Origin: an uncultured delta proteobacterium
GTDB taxonomy: Bacteria > Myxococcota_A > Polyangia > Polyangiales > Polyangiaceae
DNA length: 64,000 nucleotides
NCBI GenBank assembly: GCA_963696385.1
Contig: CAVOKF010000003.1
Span: 192,001-256,000 of the forward strand
Direction of reading: 5' to 3'
This document shows positions 38,110 through 47,238 of the stretch, in pieces. Each line of letters opens with the position of its first letter. Within the stretch, counting starts at the first letter, position 1. The notes beneath the pieces were generated by a model. That model saw only the letters and a program-made list of their open reading frames with translations. It searched no databases and had not been told where the DNA came from. The position numbers were made by a program, and so were the translations under genes.

Positions 38110-38907
38110 CTAGCCGGCGAACGGCGTGGCTCCTCCGCACACCGAGAGGGCTTGGCCGGTGATCGCCGCCGCTGCGTGGCCGCAGAGAAAGGCGACCAGC
38201 TGCGCGACCTCGCCCGGGTCGACGAAGCGGCCAAGCGGCACAGCCGCTTTCGCTTGACGGGCAGCGGCTTCATCGCTCTCGCCTGCATCTACCGCAATTT
38301 CTCTGAGTCTCGCGCGGGCCATCTCCGTCTCAACCCAGCCCGGACATATGGCGTTGCACGTGATGCCGCGTGGACCCACCTCGACGGCGACTGCCCGCAC
38401 GAGGCCGTGTACGCCGGCTTTGCTGGCGCAGTAGGCGGCTTGGCCTGCAACCCCAAATTTCCCGAGGACGCTGCTGATGGCCACGAGCCGGCCGGCCCCC
38501 TGCATCGCAGCCACGGCCGCGTCGAACAAGTGGACGGTGCCGAGCAGATTGGTATCGATGATGTCGCGTAAGCGCTCGAGGCCGTTTGAAGCACCCGACC
38601 CCATTCGGACGACTCCCGTCCGCCCAGCGTTGGCCACGGCCGCATCGAGGCGCCCCCAAATCTCGACGGCACGCCCCACCGCCGCCCGGACGTGCGCCTC
38701 GTCCCGCACGTCGCCGACGACGTGCCGGGCATGGCCCCCTCCGTGCACGATCTCACCCACCGTATCGCCGAGCGCACGCTCATCACGGCCCGTCACCAGC
38801 ACGCGTGCGCCTCGACCGGAGAGCTCAAGCGCGATCGCACGCCCAATGCCCTTCCCTCCCCCCGTCACGACGGCAACATGACCGTCGAGCTCACGATCGC
38901 GGATCAT
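38110..38907 (-). CDS. SDR family oxidoreductase (FabG-like)
   Basis: TGGGKGIG, ANAG, YCASK, ICPGWVET. Confidence 0.93.
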   Translation of the reverse strand: MIRDRELDGHVAVVTGGGKGIGRAIALELSGRGARVLVTGRDERALGDTVGEIVHGGGHARHVVGDVRDEAHVRAAVGRAVEIWGRLDAAVANAGRTGVVRMGSGASNGLERLRDIIDTNLLGTVHLFDAAVAAMQGAGRLVAISSVLGKFGVAGQAAYCASKAGVHGLVRAVAVEVGPRGITCNAICPGWVETEMARARLREIAVDAGESDEAAARQAKAAVPLGRFVDPGEVAQLVAFLCGHAAAAITGQALSVCGGATPFAG

Positions 38908-38959
38908 GGGCCGCTCCTAGCACATTGACAGATGGGCTCGCGCCGACCATGACGGCGCC

Positions 38960-39457
38960 ATGCCCGACGAGCTTCCCAGCGCGGATGGCGCGATCGTCGA
39001 ACGCGCGCGCCAACGCGGCAGACGCGTTGCGCACGGCCTCGTCATTTTGGTCGCACTCGCGTTCATCGCCGCGAGTGCGCTTCAGATCATTGCGGCGGTT
39101 TTCGGTCGCAACACAGCAGGGCCCGGAGCTTGGCGCGCGATTTCCCCGACAGACCACGCCTGTGCCGTCGGACTGCGCGCTCTGGCAGAAGCCTTAGACC
39201 GCGGGAGCGATGGGGTAGGCCCTTGGGGTGATATCGATGAGAGGCACTTCGTCATCGGGCGGGACCCCGTTCTAGCCGCAGGGAGTATGGCGGACCGAGT
39301 GTCGCAGGCTTGCGCGGCCTCCCCAGAAGGCTTGGATGCATGGGCCGCGCTCGAGCGTCTCCGGTCCGCACGAGAGCAAGTCGCCCGGCGCAGCCAAGCC
39401 GAGCTCGGACCGCTGCGCCGCGACCTGTTCGCGCACCTACCGACCGACTTGCGCTAA
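38960..39457 (+). CDS. Hypothetical membrane protein
   Basis: 165-aa ORF with one TM and a Cys pair, ending 3 bp before the helicase start. Confidence 0.6.
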   Translation: MPDELPSADGAIVERARQRGRRVAHGLVILVALAFIAASALQIIAAVFGRNTAGPGAWRAISPTDHACAVGLRALAEALDRGSDGVGPWGDIDERHFVIGRDPVLAAGSMADRVSQACAASPEGLDAWAALERLRSAREQVARRSQAELGPLRRDLFAHLPTDLR

Positions 39458-39460
39458 TAG

Positions 39461-41506
39461 ATGCGTCCAATGACCGAGCGCAATGTACCCGCGGAATCCG
39501 GCCCGACGGAGGTGACGTTCGACGTGCTGCCGCTCGGTGCCGAGGTTCGCCGCGCCATCGATGCCATGGGATATCGGCATCCGACACCGGTGCAACTCGC
39601 CGTCTTCGAGCCGGCTGTCGAAGGCCGCAACCTGGTCGTGCAGGCGCGGACCGGCACCGGCAAGACGACGGCCTTCGGGTTGCCCATCGTCGATCGTGTC
39701 GTTCGCCCTGCGACGAAGGCCGTGCAGGCGCTCGTTTTGTGCCCCACGCGTGAGCTCGCTTTGCAAGTGTCGCGCGAGGTCGAACAGCTCGGGCAATTCC
39801 GAGGCATCCAAGTCGTTCCGGTGTATGGGGGGGCATCCATCACCAAGCAGATCGAGGCGATCGAATCCGGGGGACACATCGTCGTGGGTACGCCCGGCCG
39901 CGTCCTCGACCATCTGCGGCAAAAGACGCTCGACCCGAGCGGCATTCGCGTTCTCGTTCTGGACGAAGCGGACGAGATGCTTTCGATGGGGTTCGCTCGA
40001 GAGCTGAACGCCATCATCGAAACGCTGCCGAAGAACCGCCAAGGGATGTTCTTTAGCGCGACTCTGCCGCCGGACATCGAGCGTTTGGCGCACAACCACC
40101 TGCGTGACGCGGAGCTCATTACGCTCTCGAGCGATCAGGTGGGCGCATTGCAGATCGCCCACTACGTTTACGTGATGCGAGAGGGGGACAAAATAGGTCA
40201 GCTCGTGCGCGTTCTGGAGGTCGAAGACCCCGAAAGCGCGATCGTATTCTGCAACACACGCGATGAAACGCTGCGGGTCGCCGAGGCGCTCAAGGCTCGC
40301 GGCTTCGACGCGGATTGGTTGAATGGCGATCTCCCTCAGAACGAACGTGAGCGCGTCATGAGTGCGACGCGGGAGGGTCGATTGCGGTTCCTCGTCGCGA
40401 CCGACGTTGCCGCCCGGGGAATCGACATTTCGCACCTGACGCACGTCATCAATCATGACTTTCCAGATACCGCTGAGCAATACGTGCACCGGACCGGGCG
40501 TACGGGGCGCGCTGGACGCACCGGAACGGCCATTTCCATCGTCGGGCCCAAGGACATCGGAAATCTGTATCTGCTGCGACTCACCTACAAGATTCGTCCC
40601 TTGGAAAAGCAGCTTCCGAGCGCTGGCGAGCTCAAGACCCGGGCGGAAATGGACCTGGTGCAGCTCTTCGTCGATGCGTTCGCGAACCGTACCGCCCACC
40701 CCGATGACCTGTCGCTCGCGCGCCGGCTGTTCACCCACGACGATGGCGAGCGAATCGTCGCCGGCTTGCTACGCGACCACCTGGGCGCACGCGGCGGCGG
40801 CGATGCGTCCACCGAAGCCGCAGAAGCGAGGCGCGCGCGCAATCCGGTCGTTCGACGACCGGACCCCAGCGCGACCTCGGTCGGCGAGATCGGGCGCGAG
40901 CCCGTGGCCGCGCGAGGATCCGAGGGGTCTCCGCTCCGCTCGGACCCTTCGCTGACAGCGCCATCCTCGGCGAAGCAGCCGGACCGGAGCAACCGCGGGC
41001 GGGAGGCGCAAGCGCGACCTGCCCCCCGATCCCGGGCGCCGGTCGCAAGCGAACTCGAAGTCACCCATTTCCGCTGGCAGCCCCCGAAGGAGGCCGACGA
41101 CGACGATCCTATCCTCGACGTGCCCGTCGCAACGGATCCCGACGCCGCGGCCCTTGCCGCACCGACCCCACCGCGCGACGAAGCACAGCGCGACGAGGCT
41201 TCCCGCAACCAGCCTCCCCGCGACGAGGACGCGGCGGCCAGTGCATCGCACCTGGGGCTGGGAGAAGCGTTCGTGCAGGTGTTCGTCAACGTGGGTACGC
41301 GGGAAGGCGTGCGAGCCCACGACCTTCAGCGGCTTCTTGCCGAGAGCGGTGTCGCTCCGAGCGATGTCGGCGGTGTTCGGGTGCGCGACCGCATGAGCTT
41401 CGTTCGCGTTCGCAGAGGGGCGTTCGATCGCGCGGTGGCTGGCCTGTCAGGGCAAGTGATTTCGGGGCGGACCGTCGTTGCCGAACTCGCAAGGGGCCGA
41501 GTCTGA
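39461..41506 (+). CDS. deaD: DEAD-box RNA helicase with C-terminal DbpA-type RNA-binding domain (DeaD/CsdA-like)
   Basis: Q motif, ARTGTGKT, PTRELA, TPGR, DEAD, SAT, ARGID, HRTGRTGR, and C-terminal FVNVG..V...SFV.V. Confidence 0.93.
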   Translation: MRPMTERNVPAESGPTEVTFDVLPLGAEVRRAIDAMGYRHPTPVQLAVFEPAVEGRNLVVQARTGTGKTTAFGLPIVDRVVRPATKAVQALVLCPTRELALQVSREVEQLGQFRGIQVVPVYGGASITKQIEAIESGGHIVVGTPGRVLDHLRQKTLDPSGIRVLVLDEADEMLSMGFARELNAIIETLPKNRQGMFFSATLPPDIERLAHNHLRDAELITLSSDQVGALQIAHYVYVMREGDKIGQLVRVLEVEDPESAIVFCNTRDETLRVAEALKARGFDADWLNGDLPQNERERVMSATREGRLRFLVATDVAARGIDISHLTHVINHDFPDTAEQYVHRTGRTGRAGRTGTAISIVGPKDIGNLYLLRLTYKIRPLEKQLPSAGELKTRAEMDLVQLFVDAFANRTAHPDDLSLARRLFTHDDGERIVAGLLRDHLGARGGGDASTEAAEARRARNPVVRRPDPSATSVGEIGREPVAARGSEGSPLRSDPSLTAPSSAKQPDRSNRGREAQARPAPRSRAPVASELEVTHFRWQPPKEADDDDPILDVPVATDPDAAALAAPTPPRDEAQRDEASRNQPPRDEDAAASASHLGLGEAFVQVFVNVGTREGVRAHDLQRLLAESGVAPSDVGGVRVRDRMSFVRVRRGAFDRAVAGLSGQVISGRTVVAELARGRV

Positions 41507-41617
41507 AGCGTGGTCATAAAAAGACATTCTGGGAGGATGTAGCCCTTCCCAAGCCAGAATTTCGCCTCAGCCAGACATTGAGAGGCGCCGCCGGAGTGCC
41601 GTATCTTGGAGGGACCC

Positions 41618-43231
41618 ATGGCCATGCCGAACGCGCGCGCTCTCCACGGCGCGCACTCCACGCTTTCCGCCGCCGCGCCGATGACTCTCCGATCGCTGCT
41701 CGACGCCCGCCGCGCCGAAGGTCGGCGCCTGTCCATCGAGGAGGCCGTCGCGGTCATCGTTCCTGTTTGCCTCGACCTGCAGCGTCGGCATACGCAGGGG
41801 GAACGATTTCTCGTTCACCCGTCAGCCATTGCACCCGGCGCGGACGGAGTCGCGCGAATCGAACTGGGCCTCGCCGGCCCGCCTACGCACCCGTTCGATC
41901 GGTGTTGTCTCGCACCGGAGGTCCTGCGCGCCTCCGAGCCCGGCGACGCTTGCGCCAGCGTGTTCTCCATGGGAGCCATCCTCTATGAGATGCTCACCGG
42001 CCAGAGCGTCGGACCCGGAATGGCACGCCCTCGTTCGGTCGATCCGACACTGCCCGAAGCGTTGGAGGTGCTCATCGGAGCCGCGGTCGCCGCTGACCGT
42101 GCAGACCGCCCCGCCGACCTCGGCGCGCTGGCCAGCGTGATGTACCAGCTCGCGGCGCCCAACCCCCCGTCGCATCCCGTTGCGGAAGCCGCTCGGATGG
42201 ATCCGGCCTACGAAGCGGGCATCGACGTCCGCTTCTCGGCCGTGCCGCAGCCGCAGGCTTTTCCACCATCGACCGAAGGAAGCGGCGTCAACGCCGTACC
42301 CGATGCGCCCCGGTTGCCTCGCATGGGCGGCAACGACCCATTCGGTGGGCCCGTCGTCGATCGTTCGCAAGCGGCCTCACCCGCATCTGCGAATCGAAGA
42401 TCCGCAGACGACGCCACGTCGCGGCTCGCTGCCTTGAAGACTCAACTGGAGAGCGATCCCCGTCCCCGCTACGTCGTCAAACGCGACAAGATGGACCATG
42501 GTCCGTTCAGTGCCGTCGAGCTCTTGCAGCAGATTGCTTCTCATGCGTTCAGCGACGCCGACGGTCTGCGTGACGAGATCAGCGGTCAAAACTTCCCGAT
42601 CGGCGAATGGGAGGAGTTCGCGCCATTTGCGGAGCAAGCCGGCTTGCTTCGAGAGAAGCGGGCCCAACAAAAGGCCGTCGTTCGAGCCGTGGACGCCGAC
42701 AAGAAGCGCGGCCTTGCGAAGACCATCGTGGCCGTCAGCTGCGTCCTCGCCCTCGCCGGTGTGTTGGCGGTGTGGTTTTTTACACGACGCGGAACGCGAA
42801 ATGAGGACGTGATCGTTTCGAAGGATCGGCCCGGCACGATCGAAGTCAACGGCGACATCAAGGGACGCAAGCGGCCCGGCGGTGGCGGGCGTACCGCCGG
42901 GGGGGGTGGCTTTTCGGGAGGGATGAGCTACGAAGCCGTGCTCAACAGCAACAACGAGTCGCTCTCGATGGGCGGCGAATCCACGGGCCCCGACCTTACG
43001 AATGCCCAATTGGCGGCACCTCTGCGCCACGCCGCGTTCGTGGTCTCCTGTGGGGCTCCAGACGACATGAAAGTTCAGGTTCGAGTGGCCGTTCGGATGG
43101 GCGCTCCGGTCGGCGTGACCGTCACCACGTCACCTTCGAACGGCAGCATCGCGGCGTGCATCGACCGCGCGGTCCGCGGTATTCGCTGGCCCGCGAATCC
43201 GAGGACCGACTTCGTCACGACGAATTACTGA
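41618..43231 (+). CDS. Kinase-C-lobe (pseudokinase) / GYF_2-like / TM / TonB-C-like membrane protein
   Basis: GGAGGGA RBS. LAPEV and VFSMGAILYEMLTG are present but HRD, DFG and the N-lobe are not. DHGPFSAVEL, one TM, C-terminal V.V....G...V..CI..AV..RWP. Confidence 0.7.
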   Translation: MAMPNARALHGAHSTLSAAAPMTLRSLLDARRAEGRRLSIEEAVAVIVPVCLDLQRRHTQGERFLVHPSAIAPGADGVARIELGLAGPPTHPFDRCCLAPEVLRASEPGDACASVFSMGAILYEMLTGQSVGPGMARPRSVDPTLPEALEVLIGAAVAADRADRPADLGALASVMYQLAAPNPPSHPVAEAARMDPAYEAGIDVRFSAVPQPQAFPPSTEGSGVNAVPDAPRLPRMGGNDPFGGPVVDRSQAASPASANRRSADDATSRLAALKTQLESDPRPRYVVKRDKMDHGPFSAVELLQQIASHAFSDADGLRDEISGQNFPIGEWEEFAPFAEQAGLLREKRAQQKAVVRAVDADKKRGLAKTIVAVSCVLALAGVLAVWFFTRRGTRNEDVIVSKDRPGTIEVNGDIKGRKRPGGGGRTAGGGGFSGGMSYEAVLNSNNESLSMGGESTGPDLTNAQLAAPLRHAAFVVSCGAPDDMKVQVRVAVRMGAPVGVTVTTSPSNGSIAACIDRAVRGIRWPANPRTDFVTTNY

Positions 43232-43250
43232 CACGCGGCAGGACAACGCG

Positions 43251-43724
43251 TCAATGCTGCTGGGGCGGTGCGGGTACGCACAATCCCAGGACGCAAGCAT
43301 TCGGCGAAATGCAATCGACGTTCGTCTGGCACGGAAATGCGCATTTGCCGTATTGCACGTTGCAATGGTGCGTACCGCACGAAACGTCGTTCTGACACTG
43401 GAAAGCGACCGGACCGGGCACCGCCATCTGACCCGATGCGCCGGGAGCAGGGACAGGAGCAGAGACGGGTGGAACCGCCGGGACGGCCGGCTGCGGGGGC
43501 GGCGGCGCCGCGGCAGGAACCTGCTGGGCGTACGTCGGGGCCGGTGCGGGCTGTGGGTACTGCCCGTAGGTGGCCGGCGGGGCCGGATATCCCTGGTACG
43601 CGCCGTACGGGGCGGCGGCGGCAGCCGCCGCGGGCTGTTGCGTATCGTCCTGCCTTCTGCAGGCGCCCAGGGTGGCCAGGAGCGCCAAAAAGCTCAATGT
43701 GCCGCAGGTCAAGCCTATTCGCAT
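43251..43724 (-). CDS. Pro/Gln-rich lipoprotein with an 8-Cys C-terminal module
   Basis: Lipobox LGAC, PYG/PAP repeats, CQNDVSCGTHHC...CAFPCQTNVDC...C...C. Confidence 0.75.
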   Translation of the reverse strand: MRIGLTCGTLSFLALLATLGACRRQDDTQQPAAAAAAAPYGAYQGYPAPPATYGQYPQPAPAPTYAQQVPAAAPPPPQPAVPAVPPVSAPVPAPGASGQMAVPGPVAFQCQNDVSCGTHHCNVQYGKCAFPCQTNVDCISPNACVLGLCVPAPPQQH

Positions 43725-43801
43725 GCGCGTTCGATAACGTCCGCATCGTCGAACGTCAACGTTACTGGCAAGCGCCGCGCTCGGCTTGCTATGGCGCCCG
43801 A

Positions 43802-44473
43802 ATGCGCCCCGCTCTCAGGCTCGCCGTCGTCGGCGCCCTCTCGGCATGTTCTCTCGGCGAGCCGCCTACGCCGGACGCATCGCCTTCGATCGCCGTCCCC
43901 GATCTGCCGGCCCCTCGGGCCGCGCCGGATCCCGAGGCGTCCACGCCGCCGAATCCCGTTGCGCCCGACAACGCTCGGACGCCCCCGTCCCCCTGGTCCG
44001 CCGCGACGACCGATCCCGGACAGCTGCCCCAAACGCGCGCCTTGCCGCAAGCGTCGGGTCGAGCTTTCGACGCGAGAGCCCGTGCCCTGTGGGACGCGAT
44101 CGTTCGAGACGACCCCAGCATCGGGATGCCCTTTTTCTTCCCCCTCGCGGCGTACATCCAGGTCAAGGATGTCCGCAATCCCGCTGCCGATTGGAGGCAG
44201 CGCCTCGTGGCCGCGTACCGGCGGGACATTCATGCGCTGCACCTTCGTCTCGGCGACGACGCCGGCCGCGCCCAGTGGGTCGCCCTCGACGTGCCGGAAT
44301 CCCGGGCTCGCTGGGTCGAGCCCGGTGAGGAATGGAATAAGATTGGCTATTATCGCGTGTTCGGATCCACACTTCGATATACGATCGACGGGATCGAGCG
44401 AACGTACGTTGTCCAATCGCTTATCTCCTGGCGCGGCGAATGGTACGTGGTGCATCTCAGCAGCATGCGGTGA
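43802..44473 (+). CDS. Hypothetical lipoprotein
   Basis: ATG 43802, lipobox LSAC, Pro-rich linker, conserved-looking FFFPLAAY.QVK and LISWRGEWYVVHL. Confidence 0.7.
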   Translation: MRPALRLAVVGALSACSLGEPPTPDASPSIAVPDLPAPRAAPDPEASTPPNPVAPDNARTPPSPWSAATTDPGQLPQTRALPQASGRAFDARARALWDAIVRDDPSIGMPFFFPLAAYIQVKDVRNPAADWRQRLVAAYRRDIHALHLRLGDDAGRAQWVALDVPESRARWVEPGEEWNKIGYYRVFGSTLRYTIDGIERTYVVQSLISWRGEWYVVHLSSMR

Positions 44474-44625
44474 CGTCAACGCGATCGCGCTCGTGTCTCG
44501 AGCGTAAACGGAGCGTTTCGGGACAATTGACGGAGCGCCGTCCGCGCCCGATCGGGTGACGATTTTCGGCTCCTGGCGTTTCAATGCCGTGATCGCGCGG
44601 GGAGTGGCGCGCTAGGCTCCTAGTC

Positions 44626-45384
44626 GTGTTGTTCTCTGAATCGCAAAACGCATTCGCACTCAAGGACTTGATTCTCCAAATGCTGAAAGCGCCCGGCTCG
44701 GCCGCGCTGTTCGAGCTCGTGACGCGGCGCCTTGTCGAGAGTGGCGACGACGTTGCGGTCGCCGCGGTCTGGCTGATCGGACCCGGCGACACGTGCGCCG
44801 TCGACGGCGTCGGCTGCGACTCCCCGGATCAGTGCCTTCACCTGAGAGCGATCGCGGTGCGATCCTCGGCCGGGACGGCAACCGATACCGACCCGCGGCT
44901 GGAGGGTGCGTTACGCAGGATCCCCATCGGCGCTCTCGATTCCGAGCTCTGCGGAGCGGACCCCGAATGGATCCGCCATGAAGCGATCCAGGGGTTCATC
45001 GCCGAACGTCTCGCCCATCGCGAGCGCGTACTGGGCGCGTTGGGGGTATTCTTGCGTAAGCCGGTGACGCCCGCACGCCGCGAGATGCTCCAGATCCTCG
45101 CCGGCCACCTGTCCATGGGCACGGCGACCGAACGCGCCTTCGACGAAATTCGGCGACTGGAGCAAGAGCTCGACAGCTACCGACGCATGCCTAGGCCGAG
45201 CCACGGGGCGCCGGTCGTGTCGGAAGCCGATCTTCGACGATTCGAGCGCGAAAATCTCGCGGCGGCCCTCGAGGCCACTCATGGTCGCGTCTACGGACGC
45301 GGCGGCGCGGCCGAGTTGCTCGGCCTCAAGCCTACCACCTTGGCCTCGCGCTTGAAAAAGCTCGGACTTTCGCCACGACCATAA
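44626..45384 (+). CDS. GAF domain + Fis-type HTH protein (FhlA/HyfR-like, AAA+ domain absent)
   Basis: VWLIGPGDTC...C...DQCLHL GAF region joined directly to ERENL..AL...GRVYG.GGAAELLGLKPTTLASRLKKLG. Confidence 0.75.
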   Translation: MLFSESQNAFALKDLILQMLKAPGSAALFELVTRRLVESGDDVAVAAVWLIGPGDTCAVDGVGCDSPDQCLHLRAIAVRSSAGTATDTDPRLEGALRRIPIGALDSELCGADPEWIRHEAIQGFIAERLAHRERVLGALGVFLRKPVTPARREMLQILAGHLSMGTATERAFDEIRRLEQELDSYRRMPRPSHGAPVVSEADLRRFERENLAAALEATHGRVYGRGGAAELLGLKPTTLASRLKKLGLSPRP

Positions 45385-45389
45385 CCGCC

Positions 45390-45423
45390 GCGCCCCTTCG
45401 CGGTTCCGAAGCGGGGCGCTTTC
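45390..45423 (+). terminator. Possible intrinsic terminator
   Basis: GCGCCCC-TTCG...CGAA-GC-GGGGCGC followed by TTT, just after the stop and between convergent genes. Confidence 0.45.
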
Positions 45424-45524
45424 GCCGATGGCTCAGGCCCCGCCCGACCCCACGCGTGCCTTCTGCGCTCGCGCTCCTCGGCCGCAGACGCTGCCCGCCC
45501 GCCCACCGCGGCAGCGGCTGAGAT

Positions 45525-45743
45525 TCATGCCCCGGCCGCCACCGCCAGCCAGAGCAATCCAAGGACGGCGACGGCCAATGCCCCCGATACGACGAGATTC
45601 GAGACGAAGTACGGGTAGACGCACAGGGCGACACCGCCGAGCATGTGCGGCAGTCGCGCTTGCTTCTTGCCGTAGACGAACAGGACGAAGCCTATCGACC
45701 CCTCGAGCAGCGAGAGCAAAATCGCGTTCGGATCGACTCCCAC
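45525..45743 (-). CDS. Small conserved membrane protein
   Basis: 72 aa, three hydrophobic segments, IG...FVYGKKQ...G..L..YPYFV pattern. Confidence 0.75.
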   Translation of the reverse strand: MGVDPNAILLSLLEGSIGFVLFVYGKKQARLPHMLGGVALCVYPYFVSNLVVSGALAVAVLGLLWLAVAAGA

Positions 45744-45807
45744 GCCGATCAGTATGCGCTACTCGACGACCTCACGCGAGGTTACGGCGGTGGACCTCGA
45801 ACATGCG

Positions 45808-47139
45808 TCAGAAGAGGTACTCGAGCCGGACGCGCCCGCTCACCATGATGTTGGCGAACGTCGGGTTCATCATGTTTGGATTGAAATCGGCGAGCGCGTA
45901 CCCGAATACCCCTTTGATATAAATTCGCTTCCAAAGCAAGTACTGAGCGGCACCAAACAACTGCCACTGGTCGAAGTCTTCGTCGCGGGGTGGGTTGAGC
46001 GTCGGGTCCCACTGCCGGTCGCGCAGGTAAGTGTAGTTGATGCCGCCACCCACCAGTACGTTTTCGACGATTCGCGCATTGGCAAATGCGCCCACGCTGT
46101 AGGTCCAGAAGCTGGCCTGGGGGTTCTGGTGTCCCTGCGGGTCGGTCTCGTTTTGAAAGCCCTTCGCACCGTTGAATCCGAACTCGAACCAGGGGGCGAC
46201 GATGAACTGAAGGGCGGCGCCCGCGCCGCGCTGATTCTCATCGTTCAAGGAGCCCTCGACCTGCGGCTTGTAGTCCAAGTATTCCGCGCCCACCTTGAAC
46301 TTCATCCATCCGAGATCGACGATTCCGACCGGGCGCAGGGCATATCCATTTTGCCCCGTTTCGTTGCCGAAGCGCGTGCCCAGCTCGAAGCGAAGCCAGG
46401 AGGTCGGATAAAGGTGAACGGCCCCCGCGCCGATGCTGTTCGGATAATAGAACGCGTACGTCACTCCGTACACCGATGGAACGGTGAAGTTCTGGTCCGT
46501 GGCTCCGTTCCGCTCGAGCGTGTAAAGGTCGAGCCCCATTCCGAAATGATAAATTTCCCACCCCATGAACCGACCCACTTGAATGTCGAATGCCTTCCAT
46601 ATGCCCAATTTGATCCACAAATCGTCGACATCGGATTGCGGAGGAGACGACGAAGGGGACTCCGACTGGTTCTCGTTGGCCACGAATTGCCCTTGCGCCT
46701 GCGCAAACCAGTACCCATCGCTCCACGTGGGCGTCACTCCAAGGACCAGCCGCCCCTGTTGCACCAAATATTTGATGCTTTGCTCGGTCGGATTGCCGCG
46801 TGCGATATGCTCGTACCCCGTGTCGAGCCAAACGTCTCCGGAGATGCCGATGCCCGTCTTTGGGTAGTACGGCCACTGCTGCCCGTGAAATGTCCTCCAC
46901 AGCGAGCCACCGTAAATGCCGCGAATGGGGGTCGACGGATAGGCCGATGGGGGCAAGCGCTCGATGAAACCGAGCCATGGAGAACCGAGCAAGGGCACGC
47001 CCGTACTCGGTGCCGGGGGTGGAGTCGCGCTGACCGCCGGGTCGCCTTGGGGCGTATCGTCGGCAAACGCAGAGGTCGACGCAACGAGCGACGCAAAGAC
47101 AATCGCGCGAGGCACAAGTTTTCGCACACCAACGATCAT
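45808..47139 (-). CDS. Outer-membrane beta-barrel porin
   Basis: Signal peptide AFA-D, aromatic-rich alternating strands, C-terminal RLEYLF BAM signal. Confidence 0.8.
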   Translation of the reverse strand: MIVGVRKLVPRAIVFASLVASTSAFADDTPQGDPAVSATPPPAPSTGVPLLGSPWLGFIERLPPSAYPSTPIRGIYGGSLWRTFHGQQWPYYPKTGIGISGDVWLDTGYEHIARGNPTEQSIKYLVQQGRLVLGVTPTWSDGYWFAQAQGQFVANENQSESPSSSPPQSDVDDLWIKLGIWKAFDIQVGRFMGWEIYHFGMGLDLYTLERNGATDQNFTVPSVYGVTYAFYYPNSIGAGAVHLYPTSWLRFELGTRFGNETGQNGYALRPVGIVDLGWMKFKVGAEYLDYKPQVEGSLNDENQRGAGAALQFIVAPWFEFGFNGAKGFQNETDPQGHQNPQASFWTYSVGAFANARIVENVLVGGGINYTYLRDRQWDPTLNPPRDEDFDQWQLFGAAQYLLWKRIYIKGVFGYALADFNPNMMNPTFANIMVSGRVRLEYLF

Positions 47140-47160
47140 GATTGGCTTCCGGGCGAAACT

Positions 47161-47228
47161 AGGTTCGAAGCAGCGGGATTCGGTTCGAAGCGGCGGGATT
47201 AGGTTCGAAGCGGGATTCGGTTCGAAGC
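47161..47228. repeat. Tandem array of 4 units (20, 20, 17 and a partial 11 bp), core GGTTCGAAGC
   Basis: AGGTTCGAAGCAGCGGGATT / CGGTTCGAAGCGGCGGGATT / AGGTTCGAAGCGGGATT / CGGTTCGAAGC. Confidence 0.9.
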
Positions 47229-47238
47229 CACGGACCCA

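Noticed and set aside
44312..44321. TGGGTCGAGC match to the tRNA 3' end as a distal att site
   Set aside because: It is only 10 bp, lies inside a coding region, and is expected by chance.
45754..47202. 482-aa + strand ORF, and similar long antisense ORFs such as 34695-36047, 39437-40738, 56838-57998 and 59652-61037
   Set aside because: They are antisense to well-supported genes and lack independent motifs.
47161..47228. Possible mini-CRISPR array
   Set aside because: The units are contiguous 17-20-bp repeats without unique spacers, and no cas genes are present.
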